Origin: Thermoplasmata archaeon
Lineage (GTDB): Archaea; Thermoplasmatota; E2; JACPAO01; JAHFTW01
Assembly: GCA_034667725.1 (NCBI GenBank)
Contig: JAXDQS010000010.1
Span: forward strand, 160,001 to 224,000
Direction of reading: 5' to 3'
DNA length: 64,000 nucleotides
Below, piece after piece: positions 26,451 to 36,002 of the stretch. Positions within the stretch are counted from its first letter, which is position 1. Every line of letters starts with the position of its first letter. A program made the position numbers and the translations under genes. The notes beneath the pieces are model-generated. The model was not told the origin of the DNA and did not search any database. It was given only the letters and a program-made list of their open reading frames with translations.

Positions 26451-27722
26451 GTGGCGGAGAAGACCCCCCAGCTGAACCCGTACGCGATGGCCTTGGCGCA
26501 GCTCAAGACCGTCGCCAAGCGCATGAAGCTGGACCCCAACGTCCACGAGGTCCTCAAGCACCCCATGCGCAGCCTCGAGGTCGCCCTCCCCGTCCGCATG
26601 GACAACGGCACCATCCGGGTCTTCACCGGCTACCGCGTCCAGCACTCGATGGCCCGCGGCCCCGCCAAGGGCGGCGTCCGGTTCCACCAGAACGTCAGCC
26701 TCGACGAGGTCAAGGCGCTCGCGATGTGGATGACCTGGAAGTGCGCCGTCGTCGGCATCCCCTACGGCGGCGCCAAGGGCGGCGTCATCGTGGACCCCCG
26801 CGAGCTGACCCACGGCGAGCTGGAGCGCATGGCCCGCCGCTACTTCTCCGAGATTTCGGTCATCATCGGCGAGCAGAAGGACATCCCCGCCCCCGACGTC
26901 AACACCAACGCCCAGACCATGGCGTGGTTCATGGACACCTACTCGATGGGGCAAGGCTACGCGGTGCCCGCCATCGTCACCGGCAAGCCCGTCGACATCG
27001 GCGGCTCCGAGGGCCGCGAGAAGGCCACCAGCCGCGGCATCACCTACTGCGTCCGCGAGGCCGCCAAGGCCATCGGGCTGGAGCTCAAGGGCGCCACCGT
27101 CGCGATCCAGGGCTTCGGCAACGTCGGCGGCAACGCGGCCCCCCTGTTCGCGGAGATGGGCTGCAAGATCGTGGCCGTGTCGGACGTCAACGGCGCCATC
27201 CACGCCCCCGACGGCCTCGACGTGCCCAAGCTCATGGCGCACCTCAAGCAGACCGGCACCGTCGTCGGCTTCCCCGGCAGCAAGGCCATCGGCAACGCCG
27301 AGCTCCTGGCCACCAAGGTGGACATCCTGGTCCCCGCCGCCTTGGAGGGCGTCATCACCAAGGACAACGCCGGCGCCATCGACTGCAAGATCCTCGCGGA
27401 GGGCGCCAACGGCCCCACCACCCCCGACGCCGACGACATCCTCCTCAAGAAGGGCGTGTTCGTCATCCCGGACGTGCTGTGCAACGCCGGCGGCGTCACG
27501 GCCAGCTACTTCGAGTGGGTCCAGGGCCTGCAGTCGTTCTTCTGGACCGAGGACGAGGTCAACCAGCGCCTCGACCAGATCATGACCAAGGCGTTCCACC
27601 AGGTCCACGACATCTGGATCAAGGAGACCAACGTCTCGCCCCTCACCATGCGGCAGGCGGCGTATATGCTCGCCGTCAAGCGGGTCGCCGACGCGATCAC
27701 CAAGCGCGGCATCTATCCGTAG
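26451..27722 (+). CDS. gdhA: Glutamate dehydrogenase (Glu/Leu/Phe/Val family)
   Basis: GPAKGGVRFH, MTWKCAVVGIPYGGAKGG, DIPAPDVNT, QGFGNVG, EGANGPTT, NAGGVTASYFEWVQ. TTTATA at 26422-26427 fits a leaderless GTG start. Confidence 0.95.
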   Translation: MAEKTPQLNPYAMALAQLKTVAKRMKLDPNVHEVLKHPMRSLEVALPVRMDNGTIRVFTGYRVQHSMARGPAKGGVRFHQNVSLDEVKALAMWMTWKCAVVGIPYGGAKGGVIVDPRELTHGELERMARRYFSEISVIIGEQKDIPAPDVNTNAQTMAWFMDTYSMGQGYAVPAIVTGKPVDIGGSEGREKATSRGITYCVREAAKAIGLELKGATVAIQGFGNVGGNAAPLFAEMGCKIVAVSDVNGAIHAPDGLDVPKLMAHLKQTGTVVGFPGSKAIGNAELLATKVDILVPAALEGVITKDNAGAIDCKILAEGANGPTTPDADDILLKKGVFVIPDVLCNAGGVTASYFEWVQGLQSFFWTEDEVNQRLDQIMTKAFHQVHDIWIKETNVSPLTMRQAAYMLAVKRVADAITKRGIYP

Positions 27723-27886
27723 CGAGCGCAAGCGAGCGTCCGGAGGGTCCAGCGCGGGGCCGCGAGGCGCCGCTTGAGGGCGCATAGCGCCAGCGCGGCG
27801 CCACGAAGTCGGCGCGGCGCGTAGGCGCGTCCCGCCGTCAAGCGGGTCGCCGACGCCATCACCAAGCGCGGCATCTATCCGTAGCG
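27671..27886 (+). repeat. Direct duplication of the gdhA 3' end (54 bp, 1 mismatch) flanking a 108-bp hairpin-rich insert
   Basis: 27671-27724 matches 27833-27886 except GCG vs GCC (synonymous); both copies include the stop codon. Confidence 0.9.
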
Positions 27887-27904
27887 GGCGCGACGCCCGG
27901 ACCC

Positions 27905-27953
27905 GACACAGATTCCACAGACCTTGGTCAAGTGGTGCTGTGGAATCTGTGTC
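27905..27953. repeat. Palindromic dispersed element, copy 1
   Basis: GACACAGATTCCACAG-N17-CTGTGGAATCTGTGTC, a perfect 16-bp inverted repeat between convergent genes. Confidence 0.85.
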
Positions 27954-27962
27954 CAGGGGGAG

Positions 27963-29081
27963 CTAGTGCGCGGCCGGCGCCACGACCGGCAGCCAGAACG
28001 CCATGCGGGCCCCTTGGCCCGGGCCGGCGCTGTCGGCCGTGAGCTCGCCGCCGTGCAGCTCGACGATGGCCTTGCTGATGTAGAGGCCGAGGCCGGTGCC
28101 GGGGCGGTCGTGGCCGCGGTAGAACGGCTGGAACATGCGGCGGCGCTGATCGGCCGTGAAGCCGAGGCCGGTGTCGGTGACCGCGACATGGACGGCGGGC
28201 CCGGCGGGGCTGGCGCGCGCCTCGGCGTGGATCAGGATGCGGCCGCCGTCCAGGGTGAACTTGAGGGCGTTGCTGAGGAGGTTGTGGAGCACCTGGGTGA
28301 TGCGGTCGGGGTCGAGGGCGGCGGGGAGGGCGCCGGGGCACTCCAGGTCGAGCCGGATGCCGGCGCGCTCGGCGGCGGGGCGGTAGGTCTCGGCGCACTC
28401 GCCCAAGAGGACGCAGAGGTCGGTGTCGCTGCGCCGGATGGAGCGCTTCTGCCAGTCGAGGCGGGCGACGTCGAGGACCTGGCGCACCAGGTTGTGCAGC
28501 CGCTTCAGGTTGCGGTCCATCAGCTCCAGCGACCGGGCGAGGCGCTCCGGGTCGGCGCCCAGCTCGCGCAGGTACTGGAGCTGGAGCAGGATCGGGGTCA
28601 GCGGGGTCAGGAGCTCGTGGGCGACGGCGTTGAGCATCTCGCGGCGCTCGTCGTCGAGCTGGCGCAGCCGCTCGTTGGAGTGGCGCAGCGCCTCCTCGGC
28701 GCGCTTGCGGTGCGTGATGTCGCGCGCGACCTTGGAGGCGGCCACGACGCGGCCGGTCGCGTCGCGGATGGGGGACACGGTGACGGACACGTCGATGAGG
28801 CGGCCGTCCTTGCGGCGCCGCACCGTCTCGTAGTGGTCCACCTTGTGGCCGGCGCGGATGTTGGCCAGGATGGCGTCCTCCTCCCCTTCGCGGCCGGCCG
28901 GGAACAGGATGGTCATGGGCTTGCCGATGGCCTCGGCCGCGGTGTAGCCGAACATCTGCTGGGCGCCGCGGTTCCAGCTCAGGATGCGGCCGTCGAGGTC
29001 CTTGCTGACGATGGCGTCGTCGGACCCCTCGACGATGGCGGCAAGGTGGGCAAGGCTTGCGACCTCGTCCAGCGGGGCCAT
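27963..29081 (-). CDS. PAS-domain sensor histidine kinase
   Basis: PAS (AAIVEGSDDAIVSKDLDG.ILSWNRGA), H-box (AVAHELLTPLT), N-box (NLLSNALKFT), G-boxes (DTGLG, GTGLGLYISKAIVELHGG). Confidence 0.93.
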   Translation of the reverse strand: MAPLDEVASLAHLAAIVEGSDDAIVSKDLDGRILSWNRGAQQMFGYTAAEAIGKPMTILFPAGREGEEDAILANIRAGHKVDHYETVRRRKDGRLIDVSVTVSPIRDATGRVVAASKVARDITHRKRAEEALRHSNERLRQLDDERREMLNAVAHELLTPLTPILLQLQYLRELGADPERLARSLELMDRNLKRLHNLVRQVLDVARLDWQKRSIRRSDTDLCVLLGECAETYRPAAERAGIRLDLECPGALPAALDPDRITQVLHNLLSNALKFTLDGGRILIHAEARASPAGPAVHVAVTDTGLGFTADQRRRMFQPFYRGHDRPGTGLGLYISKAIVELHGGELTADSAGPGQGARMAFWLPVVAPAAH

Positions 29082-29169
29082 CGGTTGCCGCCATCCGCCC
29101 GTGGCGTAAAAGGGGATGCGGCGGCGGCGAACCGGGGACAGGCCGCGGTTTTTCGCGGCGCGAGGGCGG

Positions 29170-32097
29170 CTAGGCCAGCGCGATGCCTGGCTTGAGGGGG
29201 GCCGCGACGTCCTTCTTCGGATGCTGCGGGGCGGCTGGGTCGTCGGCGGCGTACACCTCGACGGCGGCGAGGCCGAAGTGGCTGGCGAGGAACCCCTTGG
29301 CGCCCGCCAGGATGACGGCCTCGTCGGCCCGGGCGGCCAGCAGGGTCTTCTGGTCGGCGGTGAGCTGCGTCACCTGCGCCGGCAGCTTGCCCGTGAACGC
29401 CTGCACCGGCTTGCCCAGCGCGCGCATCTTGGGGTCGGCCATGACCTCGCCCATGAAGCGGCCCATGGGGAACTTGCCGCCCTCGGCGGCCGCCATCTGG
29501 ACGGCCTTGGCGGCCAGCTCGCGCTTCCAGGCGGGCGTGGTGTAGAGCGCCAGGCTGTGCACGCGCTCGACGCCGGCGAGCCGCTGCACGGTCTGGATGT
29601 CCTCCAGCACGAGGCGGACGTAGGCCTCGGAGGCAAGCGCTGCCGCGTCGACGGGGCCGGGGACCGGGAACGCCGCGGTGGTGGCGAGGCCCTTGCCGCC
29701 GGCCATCTCGTGCATCTCCTCGGCCACGTGCGGCACGATGGGGCAGAGCGCCAGCGCCCACTGCAACAGGACGTCGCGCAGGGCCTGCCGGTTGGCGCCG
29801 CCGCGCCGGGCGTACCAGCGCAGCACCTCGGGCACCTCGTACACGAGGGCGCCCGCCGCGCCGCGCAGGTCGTACGCCTCGTAGGCGTCGCGGGCGTTGG
29901 CGAGCGTGCGCGCGAACGCGGCGGCCAGCCAGGCGTCGGTCGGGTGCGGGCCGCCGTCGGCCGCGAGCGCCTCCTCGGTGGCTCGCAGCAGCCGCTCGAC
30001 GTGGCGGCGGTAGTCGAGCACGATGTCGGGGTCCCACTCGATGTCGACGTGCGGGCTGCCGACGTGGCAGTAGTAGAGCCGCATGGCGTCGACGCCGTAG
30101 CGGGCCGCGGCGCCCGGGATGGGCTCGGCGCCGCCCTTGGACTTGGAGATCTTGGCGCCGGCCTTCTGGGTGACCCACCAGTTGACGAAGATGCCGCGCG
30201 GCCACAGCTTGGGGTCGTCCAGCAGGGCGACCTGGGTCATGATGTAGACCGGGAAGTGGACGGTCTGGTGCTCCTTGCCGCCGAGGTTGAGGTCGACGGG
30301 GCCCCAGTGGAGGACGTCCTTGCGCACCTCGGACCAGAGCGCGCGGGCGGGCTCGCCCTTGCCGTTGAAGACGTGGTCGAAGAAGGCGTCCGTGAGCTCC
30401 TCCTCCCGCAGGCCGCCGTGGGGCGGGTCGGGGTTCCACCGCGACTTGAGGTAGCGGCTCACCAGGTAGAACCACGGGTAGAAGGTGGAGTCGGCGATGG
30501 GCTCGACAATCCAGCCGGGCTTGAACGGGAACTCGGTGCCGAGCCAGGCGCCGCGGCGGACGCAGGCGCGGTCGCCGAACCAGTCGAGGACGTTGGGCAA
30601 TTCGTCCTTGTAGCGCTGCGGGAACACGGCCATGGTGGCGGCGTGCCCCTTCGCGACCCGGGTCCACTCGGGGTCGCCGTAGTGGATGAAGTCCTGGTCG
30701 GGGATGCGCTTGACGTCGACGACCTCGCCGGCGCGCGACACCACCAATTCCGAGAACTGGCGCAGCACCCGCGCCCGCCCCGCCGCAAGGAAATCCTGCT
30801 TGATCTGGTCCTTGACGCCCTTGATGCGCTTGCCCGCGTAGGGGCCGCACGCCTCCGTCAGGACGCCCTTGTTGAACTCCTCGGCGTACAGCTCCTCGGT
30901 GGCGGCCTGCAGCAAGTCCTTGTCGTGCTGGGACTGGACCTTGTGGCGCTCGACGGCCAGCCTCGCGGGGATGCCCTTGGGGGCGCCCTCGACGGTGCAG
31001 ATGACCGGCGGCTCGCCAAGGGTCGCCACCAGGCCGGCGTCGCGGTAGGCCGCGTAGTCGAACGGCGCGTGCGCCGGCACCGACATGACGATCCCGGTCG
31101 CGACCGCCGGGTCCACGAAGGCGCCGGCGACGATGGGCACCTCGCGGCCGCCGGGCTCGGGCTCCATCGGGACCCGGACCTTGTGGCCGATGAGCTGGCG
31201 GGCCGGCACCTTGCGGCCCGTGGCCTCGGCGCGCTCGAACTGCCACTCCAGCTTGCGCTTGCCGGCGGCGGACACCAGCCACAGCTCGCTCGGGTCCTTG
31301 TCGGCCACGGCGCCGTCCTGCCAGACCCGCACCAGGTGGTACTCGGTCTCCGGGTGCATCCAGACGTTGGTGCAGCCGTACACGGTCTCGGGGCGCAGCG
31401 TGGCGCACGGCAGCACCACCCGCTCCTCGTGGACGACGTTGCGGGGCAGCGTGAACTTGAGGGCGACGTACTCCAGGATCTCCGCCGAGCCGCCCTGCTT
31501 GATGTCGGTCTCCGACTTGTCCACTGCGACGGGGCCGGCCACCGGGCAGAACGGGGCATAGTGCGGCTTCTCGATGAGGCGGCCCTTCTGGTGGAGCGCG
31601 CGGAACTGCCATTGGATGAACCGCATGTAGGCCGGGTCGATGGTGGTGACGTTGCGGCGCTCGTCGATGAGGAACCCGAAGCGCTTCCAGTAGTCGTTGG
31701 TGTACACCTTGGCGAAGTAGTCCACCACGGCCTTCGGGTCCGCGAGCGCCTGGATCGGCCCGGTGTAGCCGTTGGCGCGCAGGTAGTCGTCCTTCTCGCC
31801 CCGCTTGACCTCGGCCGCGAACGCCACCGACGGGATGCCCGAGGCGTGGAAGCCGGCCGGGAACAGCACGTCGTGCCCCGTCATCCGCTTGTGGCGCGCG
31901 AACACGTCGGTGTAGGTGAAGCCCCGCATGTGCCCCACGTGCAGGTAGCCCGAGATGCCCGGATACGCGAAATGCAGGAAGAACGTCGGCTTGCCCGACG
32001 GGTTGCGGTCGGCGTGGTGGACCTTGGCGTCCCACCAGCGGGACTGCCACTTGTCCGTGATGGCGGCCAAGTCCCAGCCGCGCTCGTCCTCAACCAT
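29170..32097 (-). CDS. leuS: Leucyl-tRNA synthetase, archaeal type
   Basis: AYPGISGYLHVGH (HIGH), FPAGFHASG, ATLRPETVYG editing domain, TGIVMSVPAHAPFDY, KISKS (KMSKS), PLKPGI terminus. Confidence 0.95.
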   Translation of the reverse strand: MVEDERGWDLAAITDKWQSRWWDAKVHHADRNPSGKPTFFLHFAYPGISGYLHVGHMRGFTYTDVFARHKRMTGHDVLFPAGFHASGIPSVAFAAEVKRGEKDDYLRANGYTGPIQALADPKAVVDYFAKVYTNDYWKRFGFLIDERRNVTTIDPAYMRFIQWQFRALHQKGRLIEKPHYAPFCPVAGPVAVDKSETDIKQGGSAEILEYVALKFTLPRNVVHEERVVLPCATLRPETVYGCTNVWMHPETEYHLVRVWQDGAVADKDPSELWLVSAAGKRKLEWQFERAEATGRKVPARQLIGHKVRVPMEPEPGGREVPIVAGAFVDPAVATGIVMSVPAHAPFDYAAYRDAGLVATLGEPPVICTVEGAPKGIPARLAVERHKVQSQHDKDLLQAATEELYAEEFNKGVLTEACGPYAGKRIKGVKDQIKQDFLAAGRARVLRQFSELVVSRAGEVVDVKRIPDQDFIHYGDPEWTRVAKGHAATMAVFPQRYKDELPNVLDWFGDRACVRRGAWLGTEFPFKPGWIVEPIADSTFYPWFYLVSRYLKSRWNPDPPHGGLREEELTDAFFDHVFNGKGEPARALWSEVRKDVLHWGPVDLNLGGKEHQTVHFPVYIMTQVALLDDPKLWPRGIFVNWWVTQKAGAKISKSKGGAEPIPGAAARYGVDAMRLYYCHVGSPHVDIEWDPDIVLDYRRHVERLLRATEEALAADGGPHPTDAWLAAAFARTLANARDAYEAYDLRGAAGALVYEVPEVLRWYARRGGANRQALRDVLLQWALALCPIVPHVAEEMHEMAGGKGLATTAAFPVPGPVDAAALASEAYVRLVLEDIQTVQRLAGVERVHSLALYTTPAWKRELAAKAVQMAAAEGGKFPMGRFMGEVMADPKMRALGKPVQAFTGKLPAQVTQLTADQKTLLAARADEAVILAGAKGFLASHFGLAAVEVYAADDPAAPQHPKKDVAAPLKPGIALA

Positions 32098-32145
32098 GGG
32101 CGGCCTGCGACCTGCGAGACAGGCTTGAAGGTTGGGGGCGAGGGG

Positions 32146-32388
32146 CTAGCGCGCGTCCTGGTCCGGCCCGAAGGCCTCGAAGAGGGCGAACCCCAAGCCC
32201 ACCGCCAAGGCAACGACCACCAAGGCGATGCCGCCCAGCGCCGCCAGCCCCGACTCCGGGCACCCGGAGAAGAACAGCCCGCCAGGCCGCCCGCAGTCGG
32301 CCAAGGTGTTGGCCCAAACGAGCACCCCGACCCCGGCGCCAAGGAGCGCAAGGACAACGGCCAACCCGATCCAGAGGGCCGTGCGCAC
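32146..32388 (-). CDS. Small two-TM hypothetical protein
   Basis: 80 aa; two hydrophobic helices joined by a Cys-pair loop. Confidence 0.6.
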   Translation of the reverse strand: MRTALWIGLAVVLALLGAGVGVLVWANTLADCGRPGGLFFSGCPESGLAALGGIALVVVALAVGLGFALFEAFGPDQDAR

Positions 32389-32406
32389 GAGGCCGCGACG
32401 ACCGGC

Positions 32407-32733
32407 TCAGGCTTTGGCCTTGCGGGCCTGCTTGGGCCTCGCCGTCCGCGCCCGCTTCGGCCGCGCCCCCGCCTGCCGGCGGGCCGCCGTGCGCTTGCGG
32501 GGCCGCACCATGGAGCGGGTCTGCTGGTACTCGGCGCGGGCCGTCGCCACCACGGCGCGGGCCGCCTCGCCCGCCTCGTGGAGCGAGGCCATCGCGGCCT
32601 CGGCCACCCGGGCGGCGTGGGCCAGGCCGTCCATGGCGCCGGCGACGGCGGCCATGCCCTGCTCGACGCCGGCGGCGACGCGCTGGCGGGTCTTGGCGGC
32701 CTTGCCGCGGGTCGTGGAACTCTTGGTCGTCAT
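32407..32733 (-). CDS. Small Ala-rich helical protein with Lys/Arg-rich termini
   Basis: ATG 32733 preceded by AGGTGA; ATGA overlap with the upstream gene. Confidence 0.7.
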   Translation of the reverse strand: MTTKSSTTRGKAAKTRQRVAAGVEQGMAAVAGAMDGLAHAARVAEAAMASLHEAGEAARAVVATARAEYQQTRSMVRPRKRTAARRQAGARPKRARTARPKQARKAKA

Positions 32734-33308
32734 GCGGTCACCTTCTTGGAACGGGAGCTGGAGGGGGAAGGGCGCTGGTGGCGCGCAAGCTCCCGCCGGA
32801 CGGGGCGCGCCACCTCGAGGGCCGCGGCCTTGACGTCGGCGATGCGCTCGCCCGCCTCGCGCCGCCCGTCCGCCATCGCCTTGCGGCCTTGGACCGCGGC
32901 CACGGTGGCGCCGACGGCGTAGAGGCCGGCGACGACGAAGGCGCCGCGGGGCGCGCCGCCCAGCAAGGCGTCGAGCACGACGGCGACGGCGACCGTCAAG
33001 GCCGCCAAGGCGAGGAAGGCGAGGCCGCCGGCGATGGCGTAGGCGACGGCCGCCCGGCGGGCGCCCCGGAAGCCGGCCGCCACGGCCAGCCGGACGTCGG
33101 CCAGCATCCGGGCCGGCGCGTGCCGGGCGCGCTCGGCGACCTCCTCGACGGCGGCGACGGTGCGGCCGAGCGACCTCAGCGTGCCATGCGCCGTCTCGGC
33201 GGTGGCGAGCACGGCGTCGGCGGCGTGCGCGAACGCCGGGTCGGACGGGGCGGCGCGGCCCTTGCGGCGCACGGGTCTGGGCGGCCGGGACGGCCTGGTC
33301 GTCGGCAT
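32730..33308 (-). CDS. Holin-X/YqjE-like (Phage_holin_3_6) two-TM protein
   Basis: Helical N-terminus, then AVAYAIAGGLAFLALAALTVAVAVVL...AFVVAGLYAVGA..A..GRK. Confidence 0.6.
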   Translation of the reverse strand: MPTTRPSRPPRPVRRKGRAAPSDPAFAHAADAVLATAETAHGTLRSLGRTVAAVEEVAERARHAPARMLADVRLAVAAGFRGARRAAVAYAIAGGLAFLALAALTVAVAVVLDALLGGAPRGAFVVAGLYAVGATVAAVQGRKAMADGRREAGERIADVKAAALEVARPVRRELARHQRPSPSSSRSKKVTA

Positions 33309-33397
33309 CTGCGTCGAGCTTGGGTCGGCCGGCCAGGGTCATGAAGCTGGCCCGCGCCGTTCGCGGCGGCCTCCTGGGACGGCCCGAAGCGAAGGCG

Positions 33398-33769
33398 CTA
33401 GTGCCCCACGCCGGGGGCGGAGTCGAACGGCCGGGCGCGGCGGGCCACGGTGGCCGCCTTGGCGACCTTGACGAGGTGGGGGTCGAGCTCCATCTCCTTG
33501 CCGTCCGCCAGGAGGCCCTGCACGAACACGACCACGACGTCGTCGTTGTTGGCGACCTCGAACTCGTCGCGGATCTTGACCATCTTGGCCGTGAGCGCCT
33601 TGTCCTGGGCGGCGGTGAGGTGCTTGCGGAGGGTGTGGCCGCCGAAGCGCCGGCGCTCCGTGTTCTCGCGGGTGTACATCTCCCGGAGGTCGTGCGTGTT
33701 GTGGTACGCCTTGGCCAGCTCGGCGTCCGGGATGTCGTTCGGGCGGAACGGGGCGCGGTCGCCGGGCAC
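33398..33769 (-). CDS. Hypothetical protein
   Basis: Coding-like C-terminal part of ORF 33398..34072; GTG 33769 with a TATA-like element about 25 nt upstream. Confidence 0.6.
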   Translation of the reverse strand: MPGDRAPFRPNDIPDAELAKAYHNTHDLREMYTRENTERRRFGGHTLRKHLTAAQDKALTAKMVKIRDEFEVANNDDVVVVFVQGLLADGKEMELDPHLVKVAKAATVARRARPFDSAPGVGH

Positions 33770-33843
33770 GCGGCGCGACTTGGCGGGCGCTATATGGAGG
33801 TAGTGCCGGCGGGGCTTTTGCGCGTGCCCCCGGTGCGCGGCGC

Positions 33844-34284
33844 GTGGCGATCTTGCGGATGGACAACGTCCTCGTCGTGGTGGACGACCTGGAGGCCGCG
33901 AAGGCGTTCTTCGTCGCGCTGGGCATGGCGCTCGAGGGGGAGACAACCGTCGAGGGCGCGTGGGCCGACCGCGTCGTCGGGCTCGAAGGAATCCGTTGCG
34001 ACATCGCCATGATGCGGACGCCGGACGGGCACGGCGGGGTCGAACTCTCCAGGTTCCACGCGCCTGCCGCAATCCGGTTCGGCCCCGTCGATGCGCCTTC
34101 GAACACCTTGGGGATGCGCCGCATCATGTTCGCCGTCGACGACCTGGACGCGACCCTCGGCCGGCTTCGCGCCGTCGGCGGGTCCTTGGTGGGCGAGGTC
34201 GCGCAGTACCAGGACGTGTACCGGCTCTGCTTCGTCCGCGGCCCCGAGGGAATCCTGGTCGGGCTGGCCGAGGAACTCGGCTAG
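33844..34284 (+). CDS. VOC (glyoxalase/bleomycin resistance) family protein
   Basis: RMDNVLVVVDDLEAAKAFF..LG, MRRIMFAVDDLD, FVRGPEGILVGLAE. Confidence 0.9.
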   Translation: MAILRMDNVLVVVDDLEAAKAFFVALGMALEGETTVEGAWADRVVGLEGIRCDIAMMRTPDGHGGVELSRFHAPAAIRFGPVDAPSNTLGMRRIMFAVDDLDATLGRLRAVGGSLVGEVAQYQDVYRLCFVRGPEGILVGLAEELG

Positions 34285-34290
34285 GAGGTC

Positions 34291-34986
34291 CTACAGTTCC
34301 AGGATGCTCGCCTTCTGCCGGCGCACCAGCAGGTTGGCGATCGACGGCGGCACGGTGGCGATGTCGCCGGTCTTCAGCAAATAGGTCTGCATGTCCGGCC
34401 CCACGAAGGGCGGGATGTCGCCCAAGGCGCGGATCGTCACCATGCCCTCGCCGGCGTTCGCCTTGGAGTCGTGCGGCACCTGCACGGGCGTCGGGGCGGG
34501 CTCGACCACCGGCATCTGGACGGGCGCGGCCGGGGCGGGCTCCGGGGCAGGAGGCTGCGCGGCCGGGGCGGCGGGCGCGGGCGGCGGCAGGGGCAGCGCC
34601 CCGTCGAACAGCCGGCCGCGGGCCGAGTCCAGCGTCTCCAGGAACGCCTGGTAGAGCTGCGCCTCGTCGGGGGTCAGGCCTTCCGGGCGCTTGCGGTCCT
34701 TGGTGGCGGCGAGGGCCAGCATGGCCAGCTTGCGCTCGCGCACCGCCCACAGCGACTCGGCGGCGTGGCGGGCGTTCTTGACCTGGTCCGTCAGCAGCAT
34801 GACCTTCCGGCTGAAGGGGTCCTTGGCCTGCTCCGCCTGGAACGCGGCGGTGATGGTGGCGAGGAACTCGCGCACCTGCGGCCAGAACCGCGCCGGCACC
34901 ACCATCATCTTGTTGCTGCGGCGCTCGGCGCGCAGGAGGTCCTGGAGCATCTCGTACGAGACGTTGTCCCTGGCCTCCTCCGCCAC
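34291..34986 (-). CDS. GINS complex protein (Gins51-like)
   Basis: A domain (LLRAERRS...P.RFW..VREFL, RERKLAMLA, LTPDEAQLY), Pro/Ala linker, B domain (IRALGDIPPFVGPD..TY.LK.GDIATVP). Confidence 0.8.
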   Translation of the reverse strand: MAEEARDNVSYEMLQDLLRAERRSNKMMVVPARFWPQVREFLATITAAFQAEQAKDPFSRKVMLLTDQVKNARHAAESLWAVRERKLAMLALAATKDRKRPEGLTPDEAQLYQAFLETLDSARGRLFDGALPLPPPAPAAPAAQPPAPEPAPAAPVQMPVVEPAPTPVQVPHDSKANAGEGMVTIRALGDIPPFVGPDMQTYLLKTGDIATVPPSIANLLVRRQKASILEL

Positions 34987-35047
34987 GGCCGTTTCGAAGC
35001 CCGTGCCGCACTTGAACGTTCTTTGGACAGGGACCGTTCTTGGGGCC

Positions 35048-35689
35048 GTGACCCAGCGCACCCAGGTCCGCCGCCTGCCCCAGCGCGCCGCCTACGACAC
35101 GGCCACCCTGCACGCCATCCTGGACGAGGGCATCGTGGCGCACGTCGCCTTCCAGCACGAGGGCCAGCCCGCCGTCGTCCCCACCGGCTACGTCCGCGAC
35201 GGCGACCGCGTCCTGCTGCACGGCTCCGCCGCCAGCCGCATGATGCGCGCCCTGGCATCCCAGCCCGTCTGCGTCGCCGTCACCCTCCTGGACGGCCTGG
35301 TGCTGGCCCGCAGCGCCTTCAACCACTCGATGAACTACCGCAGCGCCGTCGTCTACGGCCAGGCCCGCCAACTGGAAGGGGACGCCAAGCTGGAGGCGCT
35401 GCGCGTCTACATGGACCGCCTCGTGCCCGGCCGCTGGGACGCCGCCCGCCAGCCCAACGCCAAGGAGGTGGCCGCGACCCTTGTCGTCGAGCTGTCCTTG
35501 AAGGAGTCCTCCTGCAAGGTCCGGACGGGCCCGCCGGTGGACGACGCCGAGGACCTGACGTTCCCGTGCTGGGCCGGCGTGGTGCCGCTGCGCCTGAGGG
35601 CCGGGCCGCCGGCCCAGGCCGCCGGCCAGGCGCCCATGCCCGTGCCGCCCGCCGTCGAGGCGTGGCGGCCGGAGCGGCGCAAAGCGTGA
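35048..35689 (+). CDS. Pyridoxamine 5'-phosphate oxidase-like flavin-binding protein (NimA-like)
   Basis: RRLPQRAAYD, LHGSAASRM, DGLVLARSAFNHSMNYRSAV, WAGVVPL. Confidence 0.9.
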   Translation: MTQRTQVRRLPQRAAYDTATLHAILDEGIVAHVAFQHEGQPAVVPTGYVRDGDRVLLHGSAASRMMRALASQPVCVAVTLLDGLVLARSAFNHSMNYRSAVVYGQARQLEGDAKLEALRVYMDRLVPGRWDAARQPNAKEVAATLVVELSLKESSCKVRTGPPVDDAEDLTFPCWAGVVPLRLRAGPPAQAAGQAPMPVPPAVEAWRPERRKA

Positions 35690-35714
35690 AATCCCCCGCG
35701 TCCGCTCGCTCCGC

Positions 35715-35957
35715 ATGCGCGCCTTCCCGCTCGCTGCCTTTGCCCTGCTTGCGACCGTCCTGGTGGTCCCCGCCGTCGCCGCCCAAGGCCCGCCCACTTG
35801 CACCGAGCAGGTCGGGGACGTTGGCCTGGTCTGCTTCGACCACAACAGCCACGAGTTCTGCGCCGTCTACTGGATGCCCATCACCAACGGCGGCTGCACC
35901 GAGGCGGGCACCGGCGCCGTGGACATCATCATCGACTACATCACCCGCCTCGCCTGA
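35715..35957 (+). CDS. Small secreted protein with 4 Cys
   Basis: Signal peptide MRAFPLAAFALLATVLVVPAVAA. Confidence 0.65.
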   Translation: MRAFPLAAFALLATVLVVPAVAAQGPPTCTEQVGDVGLVCFDHNSHEFCAVYWMPITNGGCTEAGTGAVDIIIDYITRLA

Positions 35958-36002
35958 GGCCGGCATCGATGGGCTAAATCGGGAACCTCCCATCCCGCCG
36001 CG

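Noticed and set aside
29116-32922. Very long alternative-frame or antisense ORFs (e.g. 29116..32922 +, 14494..17520 +, 47796..51386 -, 48002..51343 +, 55892..59677 -)
   Set aside because: They are shadows of real genes caused by high GC and strong codon bias; translations are Arg/Gly/Pro-rich or motif-free.
32730-33308. Prophage suggested by the holin-like gene
   Set aside because: No capsid, terminase, integrase or lysin genes nearby; the family is common outside phages.
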